From positions 1 to 31,531 of IMG/VR virus record IMGVR_UViG_3300037991_000794: a DNA stretch of 31,531 nucleotides; one strand, written 5' to 3'. Positions 1 to 9,243 of the stretch are shown here, piece after piece. The position numbers were made by a program, and so were the translations under genes. Below the pieces are notes generated by a model. The model was not told the origin of the DNA. It made no database searches and saw nothing but the letters and a program-made list of their open reading frames with translations. Within the stretch, counting starts at the first letter, position 1; the number at the start of each line of letters is the position of its first letter. The DNA is from a virus (Duplodnaviria > Caudoviricetes).

Positions 1-68
1 TCTGTGCGAGGAGTTTTTAGTCTACGTTTTTTTAAACGCATTAAAGATTTTTGAATGTTTGCACTCAT
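1..68 (-). CDS. 5' part of a gene running off the window (MSANIQKSLMRLKKRRLKTPRT...), possibly an internal virion protein
   Basis: ATG at 68 overlaps the TGA of the upstream gene (ATGA coupling); the frame is open to the window edge; very basic N-terminus. Confidence 0.55.
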   Translation of the reverse strand, partial: MSANIQKSLMRLKKRRLKTPRT

Positions 69-940
69 GGACAAATTACCTTGTACTCTCGCAAATAAGT
101 ATTTTCATGCAGTTCATTTTTACTATCCATAATCTTTAATTTTTTTATGTAGCTATTAATCCAATCAAAATCTGTACTTTCTTTTGTTTCTTTTTTTACA
201 GTACCTAAAGTTCTATGGTCGTAAATATAAGTTGGAATAGATTCATCTAATGTATAAAATTTTAAACGATTTTTAACTGCTGCATTTTTTAATTTTAAAA
301 ACTGTATAGCATCTTCACCTATTACAAGATCTTCATCAAATGTATATTTAGCGGCTTTTTTACTTAGCCAAGTCACACGAGTAAATGTTTGATTCTTTTC
401 TGATAATCTTTCTTGAGTTTCGTACATTTTTTTTACGTCTTCTGTAGCCTTTAAAGTTTGCTCTTCAGTAGCGTCATGTTTTTTTTTATAAGAAGTTTTA
501 AATTCTTCAAAATCAAATTTTTTATCTTTTGCTCTTAACGAAACAAGAATAGACTTTCCTTCTTTATCTTGTATTGACATACCATTTCTAAGACATAAAG
601 CATCTGGAACTATCTTTTTATTTTCTAAACTTTTGTAGTATTCAACGCCATACTGAGTTAAAAAATCATCTCCGTCTATCATTACACAATAGTCATTGTC
701 AGAAGCTAAAAACAAATCTAATACAGAGTTCTTGCCTTTGGCTGGAGTACCGTTGCTCTCAGTAATGTAATACTCAATGCCTACGTCTTTGCAGTACTTT
801 TCAGCTTTCTTAACGTAATCTTTATTTAAACTATTGATTACTATTACCATGTCTTCTTTAGGTATATTGCTGTACTTAGGACTATTGTGCCTCAGAAGAT
901 TTGTAAAATGATCCGAGGTTAATATGTAAAATTTCATCAT
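65..940 (-). CDS. Putative GT-A fold (GT2-like) glycosyltransferase
   Basis: SNGTPAKGKNSVL followed by YCVMIDGDDFL (DxD-type motif) and a later GED; visibly AT-rich. Confidence 0.65.
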   Translation of the reverse strand: MMKFYILTSDHFTNLLRHNSPKYSNIPKEDMVIVINSLNKDYVKKAEKYCKDVGIEYYITESNGTPAKGKNSVLDLFLASDNDYCVMIDGDDFLTQYGVEYYKSLENKKIVPDALCLRNGMSIQDKEGKSILVSLRAKDKKFDFEEFKTSYKKKHDATEEQTLKATEDVKKMYETQERLSEKNQTFTRVTWLSKKAAKYTFDEDLVIGEDAIQFLKLKNAAVKNRLKFYTLDESIPTYIYDHRTLGTVKKETKESTDFDWINSYIKKLKIMDSKNELHENTYLREYKVICP

Positions 941-1134
941 ATAAGTTTAAATAGTATTGCTACAATGCCTGTTAGTAATACTGCATTAAAACCGTAGATC
1001 CTAGACTCAAGGCGTGTCATTTTGACTCCACCGCTTTTAAGCTGATCTTCAACATTCTTCCAACGTATAGCGCATTCAGATTCATGTTTTTCTATTCGAG
1101 CTAATAAGTCTTTTGTAGTTAGTCTGCTGGACAT
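937..1134 (-). CDS. Small coiled-coil protein with C-terminal TM helix (XhlA/holin-like)
   Basis: RIEKHESECAIRW helix, then hydrophobic C-terminus AVLLTGIVAILFKLI. Confidence 0.55.
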   Translation of the reverse strand: MSSRLTTKDLLARIEKHESECAIRWKNVEDQLKSGGVKMTRLESRIYGFNAVLLTGIVAILFKLI

Positions 1135-1150
1135 TATATTTTATCCTTTT

Positions 1151-1870
1151 TTATTTAACAACTGGGCTAGTAAGTTTGCCAGTAAGCCCATCAAAAGGAT
1201 CTAGTTGTGAGGTTAGTAATAGTATAGCGTGAGCTATGTCATCTGCATTATCGTCACTTTCAAAAATAATAGTCATAAAACCATCTGCACTTACTGTACT
1301 TTGTGAGTGAGCATAACAATTAACAGTAGTTTCATCTACTTTATAAAGTTGAGCAACTCCAGTACCACTAAAAGCTAGGTCTGTTGTATCTTCATCCATA
1401 ATAGCCATACTTACTAAAGTAGTATTATCTGAGTTATCTTGATGAACCATTAATTTATGAAATTCCATTAGCCTATCTTGTGTTAATGTGACGTTTTGTA
1501 TAAAACCGTCTGTGCAAACAACTCCAAGAACTGCTTTACCCGAAGAAGCGCTACTTAAAGTCATTTGAAGCTCAACCGTAGATGCACTACATGCAGATGT
1601 ATCTAGTGCAATAAAACGAGTTATTTTTACCTGCTCGTTTGGAGTAGGGTCAACATTAAGAAGTTCTACATGTCCTGATATTCCTGAAAGCGATACGTCT
1701 GTAATATTTCTACTATTTAAAGCAGAGTCAAAACCAACCTGTAAAAAAACAGTGTTTGCATTTGCTGGAATTGCTATATTAGTAAAAGTTCTGTTAGTTG
1801 AATTAGCATTAGAAGTAGGTGTATAACCTTTAGTATTTGTCCCTGTACCTATAATTGTTGGCTTAGACAT
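1151..1870 (-). CDS. Putative tail-associated beta-rich protein
   Basis: 239 aa ORF rich in S/T/N, with RBS AGAGGA, downstream of the tail fibre. Confidence 0.5.
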   Translation of the reverse strand: MSKPTIIGTGTNTKGYTPTSNANSTNRTFTNIAIPANANTVFLQVGFDSALNSRNITDVSLSGISGHVELLNVDPTPNEQVKITRFIALDTSACSASTVELQMTLSSASSGKAVLGVVCTDGFIQNVTLTQDRLMEFHKLMVHQDNSDNTTLVSMAIMDEDTTDLAFSGTGVAQLYKVDETTVNCYAHSQSTVSADGFMTIIFESDDNADDIAHAILLLTSQLDPFDGLTGKLTSPVVK

Positions 1871-1889
1871 TTTATTTCCTCTTTTTTAT

Positions 1890-2162
1890 TTAAGCGTTGT
1901 ATTCAAAAAGCTTTACTACATTATTAGTAGCGTTTGAACTACCAGCAGTATTACCGCCAATTTTCATAAATGGACAAAGCATGACTTCTTTGATAGTATC
2001 TGCACTAAAGCTTTCAATTAAAACATAATTAGTGCCGTCTAAGCTACCAAAAAGATACACAGGAGTTCCGCTAGTATTTATTACTTGAAGTAACCCATTG
2101 CTATTGCCTGATTTTTTAATAGTAGGCTGTAGCGCTGTTTGATCATTGTTGAATGTTTTCAT
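1890..2162 (-). CDS. Small putative virion protein
   Basis: 90 aa, RBS AGGA, GSLDGTNY motif common in small phage structural proteins. Confidence 0.5.
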   Translation of the reverse strand: MKTFNNDQTALQPTIKKSGNSNGLLQVINTSGTPVYLFGSLDGTNYVLIESFSADTIKEVMLCPFMKIGGNTAGSSNATNNVVKLFEYNA

Positions 2163-2185
2163 GATTATAAAGTTCCTATGTTAAG

Positions 2186-3358
2186 TTAATTTAAATTGAC
2201 CCATGCACCATTAGCATAAAGTTTAAGTTTATGATCTGAAGTATTATAATAAGTTTGTCCATTAGCAGGAGAAGATGGATTTGAACTTAATGCAGGATGT
2301 TGTAGTCCACCATTAGTAGGTATAATAGCTACTTCTCCAGAATTATCAGGTAAATTAATAGTTCTATTAGATGTAGGAGTTACGCAATATAAAGTAGTTA
2401 CAGTGCTTAATCCTGAATCACCAGTGAATTGAATATTACCATTTGCACTTAATAATAAATCATTATCATTAGCTAATCTTAAACCACTTTCAAATAATGT
2501 CATAACAGGTGCTTCACTTGTCCCATTATTCATTATATTAAATGCAAGTGAACCATACTCTGCACCTGAAGTTGGATCAGTTATATTAGCTTGAATAGAA
2601 GCATATTCTGTTTTATTACTAGCAGAGTCTTCACCATTAAATTGTATAATACCTAGTTTATCATTTGTGGCAGGTGATGCAGAATTCCTATGTAATGAAA
2701 TAATAGGATCAATAGCATCGCCAGTATCAGGAGCAATAACTTCAAATATATTACCTGAAATTTGATTTTGAACTATCGGGCCTGTCACTGTTAAAGTAGA
2801 CAGTGTGCCTAATGCAGTTATATTTCCCTGAGCCGCAGTTTGTAATGTGCCTGTTAAATCGCCTGTTATATTACCTGTTACATTGCCTGTAAGATTGCCT
2901 GTTACATTTCCTGTTACATTGCCTGTTACATTACCTGTAAGAGCGCCTGTAAAAGTATCGGCAGTAATATTATCAGTATAGATATGTTTATATTTAACAC
3001 TGCTTGTACCTAAATCAATGTCACTATCGGTTACAGGAACTACTGCACCATCTTGAATACGAATCTGTTCTACAGCCGCACTGCTTACTTCTACAAAGAA
3101 TCCAATTCTATTATTACCTGCTGAACCATTTAATTGTCCGTCTATTTGGATTTTGTTTAAAAAATCTTCATCGCCTAATTTATAAATGTTCCCACCTTCA
3201 GCGGCAGTCCCATCATGTCTATGACCTGTTGTACCTCCAAGTGAAGACACGTATTGAAAAGCGTTTAATAATTTATTATATTCATTATTAAATAAAGATG
3301 CTTCAATAGTATCATTATTTTGTATAGTGCTCTGTCGAGTATAGCTTGTTCCTGCCAT
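2186..3358 (-). CDS. Tail fibre protein
   Basis: Likely start MAGTSYTRQS at 3358 (RBS AGGAG); GHRHDG head motif, TGNV repeats, C-terminal NPSSPANGQTYYNTSDHKLKLYANGAW module. Confidence 0.8.
   Translation of the reverse strand: MAGTSYTRQSTIQNNDTIEASLFNNEYNKLLNAFQYVSSLGGTTGHRHDGTAAEGGNIYKLGDEDFLNKIQIDGQLNGSAGNNRIGFFVEVSSAAVEQIRIQDGAVVPVTDSDIDLGTSSVKYKHIYTDNITADTFTGALTGNVTGNVTGNVTGNLTGNVTGNITGDLTGTLQTAAQGNITALGTLSTLTVTGPIVQNQISGNIFEVIAPDTGDAIDPIISLHRNSASPATNDKLGIIQFNGEDSASNKTEYASIQANITDPTSGAEYGSLAFNIMNNGTSEAPVMTLFESGLRLANDNDLLLSANGNIQFTGDSGLSTVTTLYCVTPTSNRTINLPDNSGEVAIIPTNGGLQHPALSSNPSSPANGQTYYNTSDHKLKLYANGAWVNLN
2850..2952 (-). repeat. 12-bp tandem coding repeat (TG[ND][VLI] tetrapeptide, about 8 copies)
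   Basis: CCTGTTACATTN-like units in tandem on the + strand. Confidence 0.85.
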
Positions 3359-3362
3359 TAGT

Positions 3363-4994
3363 TTATCTCCTGCCTTCTGGCACAAAGTTTATGTAATAAC
3401 CGTTTACCGCATATGGCGGTTTTTGGTCATCGCTAGTTAATCTTAAATTTAATACATCGCCACTTCCTTGAACTGCTTGTCTTATTGATGGATCTTTTGT
3501 TCCTCCAAAAACACCGTTGCCAAAAGCAACAGATCCAAAAGCAGAAGGCACTGGTACGTCTTCAAGAACATAATCTGGCGGTTGCAATAAATCTACATCT
3601 TCATAATCGTATCTTAATCTTAATGTTGGTGATACTGTTCCTTCAGGAGATAAAGATATTTTAACATAGTGAAATGTTTTTTTAGTTCCTAAGTCTCCGC
3701 AATCTAAACTTGGAGTCGTATATTCTGCATTGATATTATGAGCTGTTCCTTGTTCATAAAAAGCATTTCCAGAATCATGCACATAAATATAACCTTTACG
3801 ATCTCCATGATATACTTTTTGAAGTCTATCATTATCAAAAGATGAATCAATACCATGAGCTTGTATTCCCATAGTTTGTGACCATTCAAAACCAGAAGGA
3901 GTTAATGTTCCTATAATGCCTTCTGAATCTATATTTGATGTAGCTGTAGTAGAGTAAAATAATCTGTATTGTGACTTATCTCTAAGAACAACGCTTGTTA
4001 CTACTCGACTATTTATATTTCTTGTTAGTTGTGCGACAACATCTTGTATATTACGGCTTACTGTGCTAAGCTCTGTATCGCCTATTCTTTCAGTACCTGC
4101 TAAAGTTCTAATACCATCAGGAGCTAAAAATACTAAGTCGCCACCTATTTCTTGAATACTATGAGCGCTTAAACAACCAACATTTTTTGTAATGGGGACT
4201 ACTGCAATTGTACTGCTATCTTGAACATTCTTCAATCTATGAATGCTATTCTTACAGAATATAATTATATCCTCACGAAAAGTTTTTAAAGCTACTACAG
4301 CATCATCTACTGCAATAACATTAGAAGAAGAACTTGTTGTTACGTCTGGATCATCAGCATCAAAAGTTGTATAAACAATTGAGTTAGGAGCTGTTGAAAC
4401 TCCTGAAGCTACTAGCATAGTCTTATGATATACTGCACATGTTGGATCATTAGGAGTTCCTGTACCTACATGGCTTGCTATGTTTAGTGTTTGAGCAAAG
4501 AAAGTTCGAGTATTTAATGCGCCTGTGCCTGTCATATAAAATAAAAAAGGTGGGTTAGCACCATCACAAATAACTACTTTGCCGTAGTCTACATTATCTT
4601 CAAAAAATGTAAATGATGTTTGTTTTTGATTCGCACGACTTAAATCGCTTCGACCAGTAAACGCAGTATAATTATCTCCTGAACTAGCTACACTAGCTTT
4701 ATTTATTTTTATCCAAGTTGTGCCGTCATTAGAAAACTTAATGTCATTACCACCTGTAACGATAACTCCATCGGCATATGATTGAACACCAAGTATTGCA
4801 GTATCTACACCGCCAAAAGGTCGAGTGTCGCCATACTGTGTATAGCCCTTAATGCGTCTGTAACCGCCATCAGGATCTACCTCAAAGTTTTTTAACTTTG
4901 TAGCAAATCCGGGCTGTGAAAGCATTGCAAGCTCTGTAAAGTTAGTATTTAAACCGCCTCTACAAGCTATTACAAAAGGTTGTGATTGAGCCAT
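3363..4994 (-). CDS. Tail tubular protein B / nozzle (P22 gp10- or T7 gp12-like)
   Basis: GGLNT N-terminus, NVGCLSAHSIQEIGGDLVFLAPDGIR beta-propeller signature, position in the tail module. Confidence 0.8.
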   Translation of the reverse strand: MAQSQPFVIACRGGLNTNFTELAMLSQPGFATKLKNFEVDPDGGYRRIKGYTQYGDTRPFGGVDTAILGVQSYADGVIVTGGNDIKFSNDGTTWIKINKASVASSGDNYTAFTGRSDLSRANQKQTSFTFFEDNVDYGKVVICDGANPPFLFYMTGTGALNTRTFFAQTLNIASHVGTGTPNDPTCAVYHKTMLVASGVSTAPNSIVYTTFDADDPDVTTSSSSNVIAVDDAVVALKTFREDIIIFCKNSIHRLKNVQDSSTIAVVPITKNVGCLSAHSIQEIGGDLVFLAPDGIRTLAGTERIGDTELSTVSRNIQDVVAQLTRNINSRVVTSVVLRDKSQYRLFYSTTATSNIDSEGIIGTLTPSGFEWSQTMGIQAHGIDSSFDNDRLQKVYHGDRKGYIYVHDSGNAFYEQGTAHNINAEYTTPSLDCGDLGTKKTFHYVKISLSPEGTVSPTLRLRYDYEDVDLLQPPDYVLEDVPVPSAFGSVAFGNGVFGGTKDPSIRQAVQGSGDVLNLRLTSDDQKPPYAVNGYYINFVPEGRR

Positions 4995-5767
4995 TAATAA
5001 AATCTCACTCTGTCATCTTTAAAGTATGAAGGGGTAGGTTCAATAAGATTAGAACGCATGTAATCTAAACCTTTTCTATAATCTTCCAATGCAAAAGAAG
5101 CCGCTTGTGGATTGTCTTTAAACTGCCAACAGTAATAACGTGTACGTGCTAATAACACTGGTACAAACATATCTGGAAATACTACAGTGTCGTCATGATT
5201 TACAAGAGCAGTAGGTTGTACCCAAGCTGTAAAATAAACTCTATAAGTTTTATTAGGTATTGGACTTAATCCAAATCTTCTTCCATCAGGGCTACGAATA
5301 ACATATTTAGGTTCTCCGCCTACTGCTTGATCTGCATCATCTGCATTTTCTGATTCTCGTTTAAAATCTTTCCAATCTTCTGTAGTTAAGTACCTTAAAT
5401 TTTTAGAAACGAAAGGAGCAGTTTCACCATCAACTCCTTTAGTTGTTATATAAAAATTATCCCAATCAATAGAAGCAAAGCCGTCTGTATGAGATGTGCT
5501 ACCTGTTTTTAACTGATACCATCTTTGTCCTGCTACTGCTGTTGAAAGAGTATTACCATAAAAAGGATCTTCAAGAGATGCAGAATCTCCAGATGTTAAA
5601 AAAGGCCATTGAGCCTCTTCATTACAAATATCAAAGTATGCACGATTAACACAATCTTTGATGTGCTGTTGCACTCCTATTGCGTTATTGAAATTTAAAT
5701 CAGTAAGAGCTACTTCATTTAGCTCTCGCATTATTTCGTTGACTATTTCTAAATATGTTGTAGCCAT
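4994..5767 (-). CDS. Tail tubular protein A / head-tail adaptor
   Basis: MATTYLEIVNEIMRELNE start, WPF, GEPKYV...LSPIPNKTY motifs; lies between capsid and nozzle genes. Confidence 0.75.
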   Translation of the reverse strand: MATTYLEIVNEIMRELNEVALTDLNFNNAIGVQQHIKDCVNRAYFDICNEEAQWPFLTSGDSASLEDPFYGNTLSTAVAGQRWYQLKTGSTSHTDGFASIDWDNFYITTKGVDGETAPFVSKNLRYLTTEDWKDFKRESENADDADQAVGGEPKYVIRSPDGRRFGLSPIPNKTYRVYFTAWVQPTALVNHDDTVVFPDMFVPVLLARTRYYCWQFKDNPQAASFALEDYRKGLDYMRSNLIEPTPSYFKDDRVRFY

Positions 5768-5770
5768 ATT

Positions 5771-5947
5771 TTATCCTTTACGTTGACCTGATTCTTGATA
5801 GCTTGCCATTGAATTACATTTCTTTTCCATTTCAGAAACACTTGCATAGCCGCCATGACCATACATCATGCGACCACCACCCATCATAGTTTTCTTTTCT
5901 GATGATTTAATTTTACCACCGTGCATCATTTTTTTGTCGTACATCAT
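5771..5947 (-). CDS. Small Met/Gly-rich protein with three K/R-x-M-x-x-GG-like repeats
   Basis: MMYDKKMMHGG...KTMMGGGRMMYGHGG; RBS GGAG upstream of the ATG at 5947. Confidence 0.6.
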   Translation of the reverse strand: MMYDKKMMHGGKIKSSEKKTMMGGGRMMYGHGGYASVSEMEKKCNSMASYQESGQRKG

Positions 5948-6086
5948 TTTTAGATCTCCCAAAAATTTTGTCGTAGTTATCGTTATAATTTTGTTTTGCT
6001 TTACCGCTATAAACAGAACTATTTATTCTTACTGTTCCTTTATAACCTAATCTTGTTGGTTTTCCTAATGTTCCTATTTGACTCAT
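5913..6086 (-). CDS. Small basic hypothetical protein (NYDKIF motif)
   Basis: Start reassigned to ATG 6086 (RBS GGAG, downstream of the terminator); MSQIGTLGKP...NYNDNYDKIFG. Confidence 0.6.
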   Translation of the reverse strand: MSQIGTLGKPTRLGYKGTVRINSSVYSGKAKQNYNDNYDKIFGRSKNDVRQKNDARW

Positions 6087-6098
6087 ATAAATCTCCAA

Positions 6099-6126
6099 TA
6101 AAACAAGAGGGGTTTTTACACCCCTC
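6099..6126 (-). terminator. Rho-independent terminator after the major capsid gene
   Basis: Minus strand GAGGGGT-GTAAAA-ACCCCTC followed by TTGTTTT. Confidence 0.8.
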
Positions 6127-6143
6127 AAGTTAACTACCTAGTA

Positions 6144-7136
6144 TTAGTCTGTGCTATAGAAAGCTTTAACTAATGCTTCTTCACGTAATACATTTGCACC
6201 ATAAACATGAAGACCTCTAACAATATCACCAAAGCTAGAAGGATCACGAATGACCTCAGTATTTACGATAGTTTGTGCAGTTGCAGTAGCAGAAACATGA
6301 CCTGCTAATACTTGTTTAACTACACCACCTGTTGAAGTATCAGGAATGTTATTAGACTTATACATTTCAAAGCCACGTAATTTTCCAGAACTAACTAGAC
6401 CGTTACGGATAGAGCCTTGACCTGCATTGAAGTCTACAGACAATAACTTAGAACCTGATTGACTTAAAATTTCATAGAAATCAGGAGAAGCTACAAAGAA
6501 TCTTCCTTCTTCTGGTACGTTAGCTTCGTCAAGTAAACGAGCCATACGTGCTAAAAGATCAAGAGGATCCGTTTCATTAGAATCTAAACCTAAGTCAACT
6601 GGAGCCGCACTACTGCTTAATCCGTTGGTATCAGCATGAGCCGCATCAGCACCTATGATGTGATCAGTACTTGTTTGACCATCACCAAAACGAGTGAAGC
6701 TACCACTAGCACCTGCAAGCATTTCTGTGATTACGCCTAGGTCAAATTTATCACGTAAAGCATATGCCGCTGAAGAAGCCGCCATTTCTTTAAAGTTTAC
6801 ATGAGACATATTTGTTTCAATGTCATCAACAATAAATTTGAAAGCATTAGCTATATCAACTACTAAAGTAGTTTCAGTGTCTGTTAATGCAGTTTTAGTA
6901 ATATCAGCACCACGCTCATATTGAACAACATTAATAGTTGGTTCTTTAATGATTTTTACAGTATCACCAAAAGATGCAATTTCACCTGCATAATCAGTGT
7001 TTGTAATTGCTTCTGCAACTGAAGCTTTACGGAAAAAGTTAAGAACCTTTTTCGAATAGACTTCAGGTAAGAAGTTGTTACCTGTAAAGTTACTGCCCGA
7101 TGATTGGGCAAAGTTTACGTCCGATTGGTTAGCCAT
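6144..7136 (-). CDS. Major capsid protein (HK97 fold)
   Basis: NFLPEVYSKKVL, ITNTDYAGEIASFGDTVKI, LDEANVPEEGRF, FGDIVRGLHVYG; follows the scaffold gene. Confidence 0.92.
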   Translation of the reverse strand: MANQSDVNFAQSSGSNFTGNNFLPEVYSKKVLNFFRKASVAEAITNTDYAGEIASFGDTVKIIKEPTINVVQYERGADITKTALTDTETTLVVDIANAFKFIVDDIETNMSHVNFKEMAASSAAYALRDKFDLGVITEMLAGASGSFTRFGDGQTSTDHIIGADAAHADTNGLSSSAAPVDLGLDSNETDPLDLLARMARLLDEANVPEEGRFFVASPDFYEILSQSGSKLLSVDFNAGQGSIRNGLVSSGKLRGFEMYKSNNIPDTSTGGVVKQVLAGHVSATATAQTIVNTEVIRDPSSFGDIVRGLHVYGANVLREEALVKAFYSTD

Positions 7137-7168
7137 AATAATGTTTCCTTATATTAAAAAGTAAAGTT

Positions 7169-8008
7169 TTAAGAAACAACTCTACCTTCCATGACTGCTT
7201 GATCAATCTCTTGTTCGTATTTATCGTAGTCGGCCATAGAAAGAGATGCTATTTCTTTCCGAGTCCAGACCTTTGGCTCTTTAGATTCTATCGAAGTTGT
7301 TCGAGTAGAAATCATATCTGCCGCAGAGCTGGAAGATTGTGACTTAGACTTAGTACGTTTAGAAGGGGCTTTTACGCCTTTACCCGTTTCTAATTTATAA
7401 AGATCAATAGCTTTGATTGCAAGTGCAACATTATCAGGGTTATTATAGATCCAGCCTTGAATTTGTTCTGGCTGTTCATTAGCCCACGCATGAAAATCAT
7501 CATCACCTTTGATGTCCTCGAAATCTGGATGCTTATCTCTCAAAGATTCTTCGGCTTCTTTGCGTACTATATTTGCTTCACGTTCTTGAAGCGCCTGTAG
7601 TTTAGCTTCTAAAGCTTTAGTTTTTTCTTCGCTTTTTAAATAAGCAACAGTTTCAACTGTTTCAAAAAGATCTGGGTACTTATTTTTAAACTGTTCAAGA
7701 TCTTCAGGACTTCGTAACTTAGGCAGTTCCACTTTTGTTTCTTCTGCCTTAGCTAAAAGTTCTAATTCTTTTTGTTTAAAATCAGCTACTTTTTCATCGT
7801 AATGTTTCTTTAAATCATCGTATCGCTTTTTATAATTAGTTTTTTCTTTTTTAGTTTCTTCTTCTACAGGGGCTTCTTCTGAGGTGGCCTGTTTAGAATC
7901 ATCAAAAAATAATGAGGTAGCATCTCCTTTATTGGGAGCGTCTGGCGTATGCCAAGACTTCTCTTTATTATACGGATTTGCTTTAGGTTCTTCTACTTGT
8001 TCTGTCAT
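7169..8008 (-). CDS. Capsid scaffolding protein
   Basis: Acidic coiled coil, NYKKRYDDLKKHYD, HPDF, C-terminal EIDQAVMEGRV; RBS AGGAG 7 nt before ATG 8008. Confidence 0.85.
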   Translation of the reverse strand: MTEQVEEPKANPYNKEKSWHTPDAPNKGDATSLFFDDSKQATSEEAPVEEETKKEKTNYKKRYDDLKKHYDEKVADFKQKELELLAKAEETKVELPKLRSPEDLEQFKNKYPDLFETVETVAYLKSEEKTKALEAKLQALQEREANIVRKEAEESLRDKHPDFEDIKGDDDFHAWANEQPEQIQGWIYNNPDNVALAIKAIDLYKLETGKGVKAPSKRTKSKSQSSSSAADMISTRTTSIESKEPKVWTRKEIASLSMADYDKYEQEIDQAVMEGRVVS

Positions 8009-8144
8009 TGTCACTCTCCTTTTGGGGCTTTTATCTTTTCAAGGTGGCTATGAGGTTAGCTAAACATCATTGGGCTTGAACTTAAAAGGTGGCCTCTAGG
8101 TTTATATTTAAAATGTGAGGGGCTAAATAATTAGGTAGCCTCAC
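7867..8144 (-). promoter_or_regulatory. Putative cis-regulatory RNA: four GCYACC/GCCC motif pairs around the scaffold start
   Basis: + strand GGTRGC at 7883, 8043, 8088, 8134 and GGGC at 7870, 8025, 8072, 8120, flanked by short complementary stems. Confidence 0.6.
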
Positions 8145-9243
8145 CGTTGTTTATGCCATTTTGTTCATCATATGCACGTTCTGCCTCGTCCATTATTCGT
8201 TGCAGGTTTTGTGCTCCGATGTACTCAGTGGCTTTTGCGGTGATAACAAACTCACCGTCCGATAACCTAGCGGGTATCGAATCTGATGTTCCAGTACCAA
8301 TGCCTTTTACAGCACCTGCACCAGAAAATTCTGACGACACGGTTAGTATTTTATCAAATACTTCCGTGAGTTCGGGGCTTTGTTGTAAAGCTCCCATAAG
8401 AAATTCTTGCTCTTCAGGATTAAGAGCTTGGTCTAAAATAAATTCTTGATAAGTTTCTTCCATTTCTGCATCAGGTTTTTGAGATGCTAAAGTTTCGGCT
8501 ATTTCATCTTCAGGTATATTACTGTAAGTGTCTTCAATTGGAGCTTCTGCTTTCTCCATTGCGGCTAGTTCTGCTTGCATTTCAGGTGGAGTAAGCATAG
8601 AGCCTTCTGCATATTGCATTCTTTTTTTATTTTTTTTCATTTCACCGCCTTTGTATTTTTTATTCTTATCTAAAAACATTTTATCTACAATTTTTAAAAT
8701 TGAAGGGTCATAGATTGTATACTCTAATTCACCGCCTACTTGTTTTATTGAAGATCCTCTTGCATCTTTTATAGATCCTTTAATTCCATATTTAGAAAAT
8801 AACTCATCTGCATCTTTTTCTGTTATGTTTAAAATCTGTCTCCAGAATTTAGGCTTATCTAAATCTAGGTCATCTATATTAATATTTTCTTCTTCAATTA
8901 AAGTTTTTAATTTTTTTTGTACTTGTTCATTTTGATCAGAAAAATTTTTTCTAACTATTAAAGTTTCGTTGTCTTTTAAATTTGCTTCTACTTGATATAG
9001 TAAAGGTTCACCTTCTCTTTTTCTTTCAATGGCCGCACCTAAATATTTTTTACCGTAAAGTTTTTTAAGTTGAGAAGGTTTAATTCTAGCATAACTTTCG
9101 GCTACTTTTTTATCGGGAGTAAATGAAAACCCTCTTCCAAAAGCTGTTTCAGTAGCGTATCTTGAATCAAAAGATGTAAAATCTTTTTTAGCTCCGTGAA
9201 AAAGTTTTACTGCTCCTTTAGATAAAAGACTGCTTACTGCCAT
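8131..9243 (-). CDS. Head-module protein: N-terminal ADP-ribosyltransferase-like (ART-PolyVal-like) domain fused to an acidic domain with a GTGTSDSIPARLSDGEFV motif
   Basis: LFHG..DF..FD, FGRGFSFT, AESYA and ELEYTIYDP match the ART-PolyVal pattern; the C-terminal motif is typical of tape-measure/ejection proteins. Confidence 0.65.
   Translation of the reverse strand: MAVSSLLSKGAVKLFHGAKKDFTSFDSRYATETAFGRGFSFTPDKKVAESYARIKPSQLKKLYGKKYLGAAIERKREGEPLLYQVEANLKDNETLIVRKNFSDQNEQVQKKLKTLIEEENINIDDLDLDKPKFWRQILNITEKDADELFSKYGIKGSIKDARGSSIKQVGGELEYTIYDPSILKIVDKMFLDKNKKYKGGEMKKNKKRMQYAEGSMLTPPEMQAELAAMEKAEAPIEDTYSNIPEDEIAETLASQKPDAEMEETYQEFILDQALNPEEQEFLMGALQQSPELTEVFDKILTVSSEFSGAGAVKGIGTGTSDSIPARLSDGEFVITAKATEYIGAQNLQRIMDEAERAYDEQNGINNGEAT

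Noticed and set aside
2850-2952. Tandem repeat as a diversity-generating or phase-variation element
   Set aside because: An ordinary TGNV fibre repeat with synonymous variation; no reverse transcriptase or template repeat seen
6087-6128. Extended N-terminus of the 5913 ORF given in the ORF track
   Set aside because: It runs through the capsid terminator; ATG 6086 has a proper RBS
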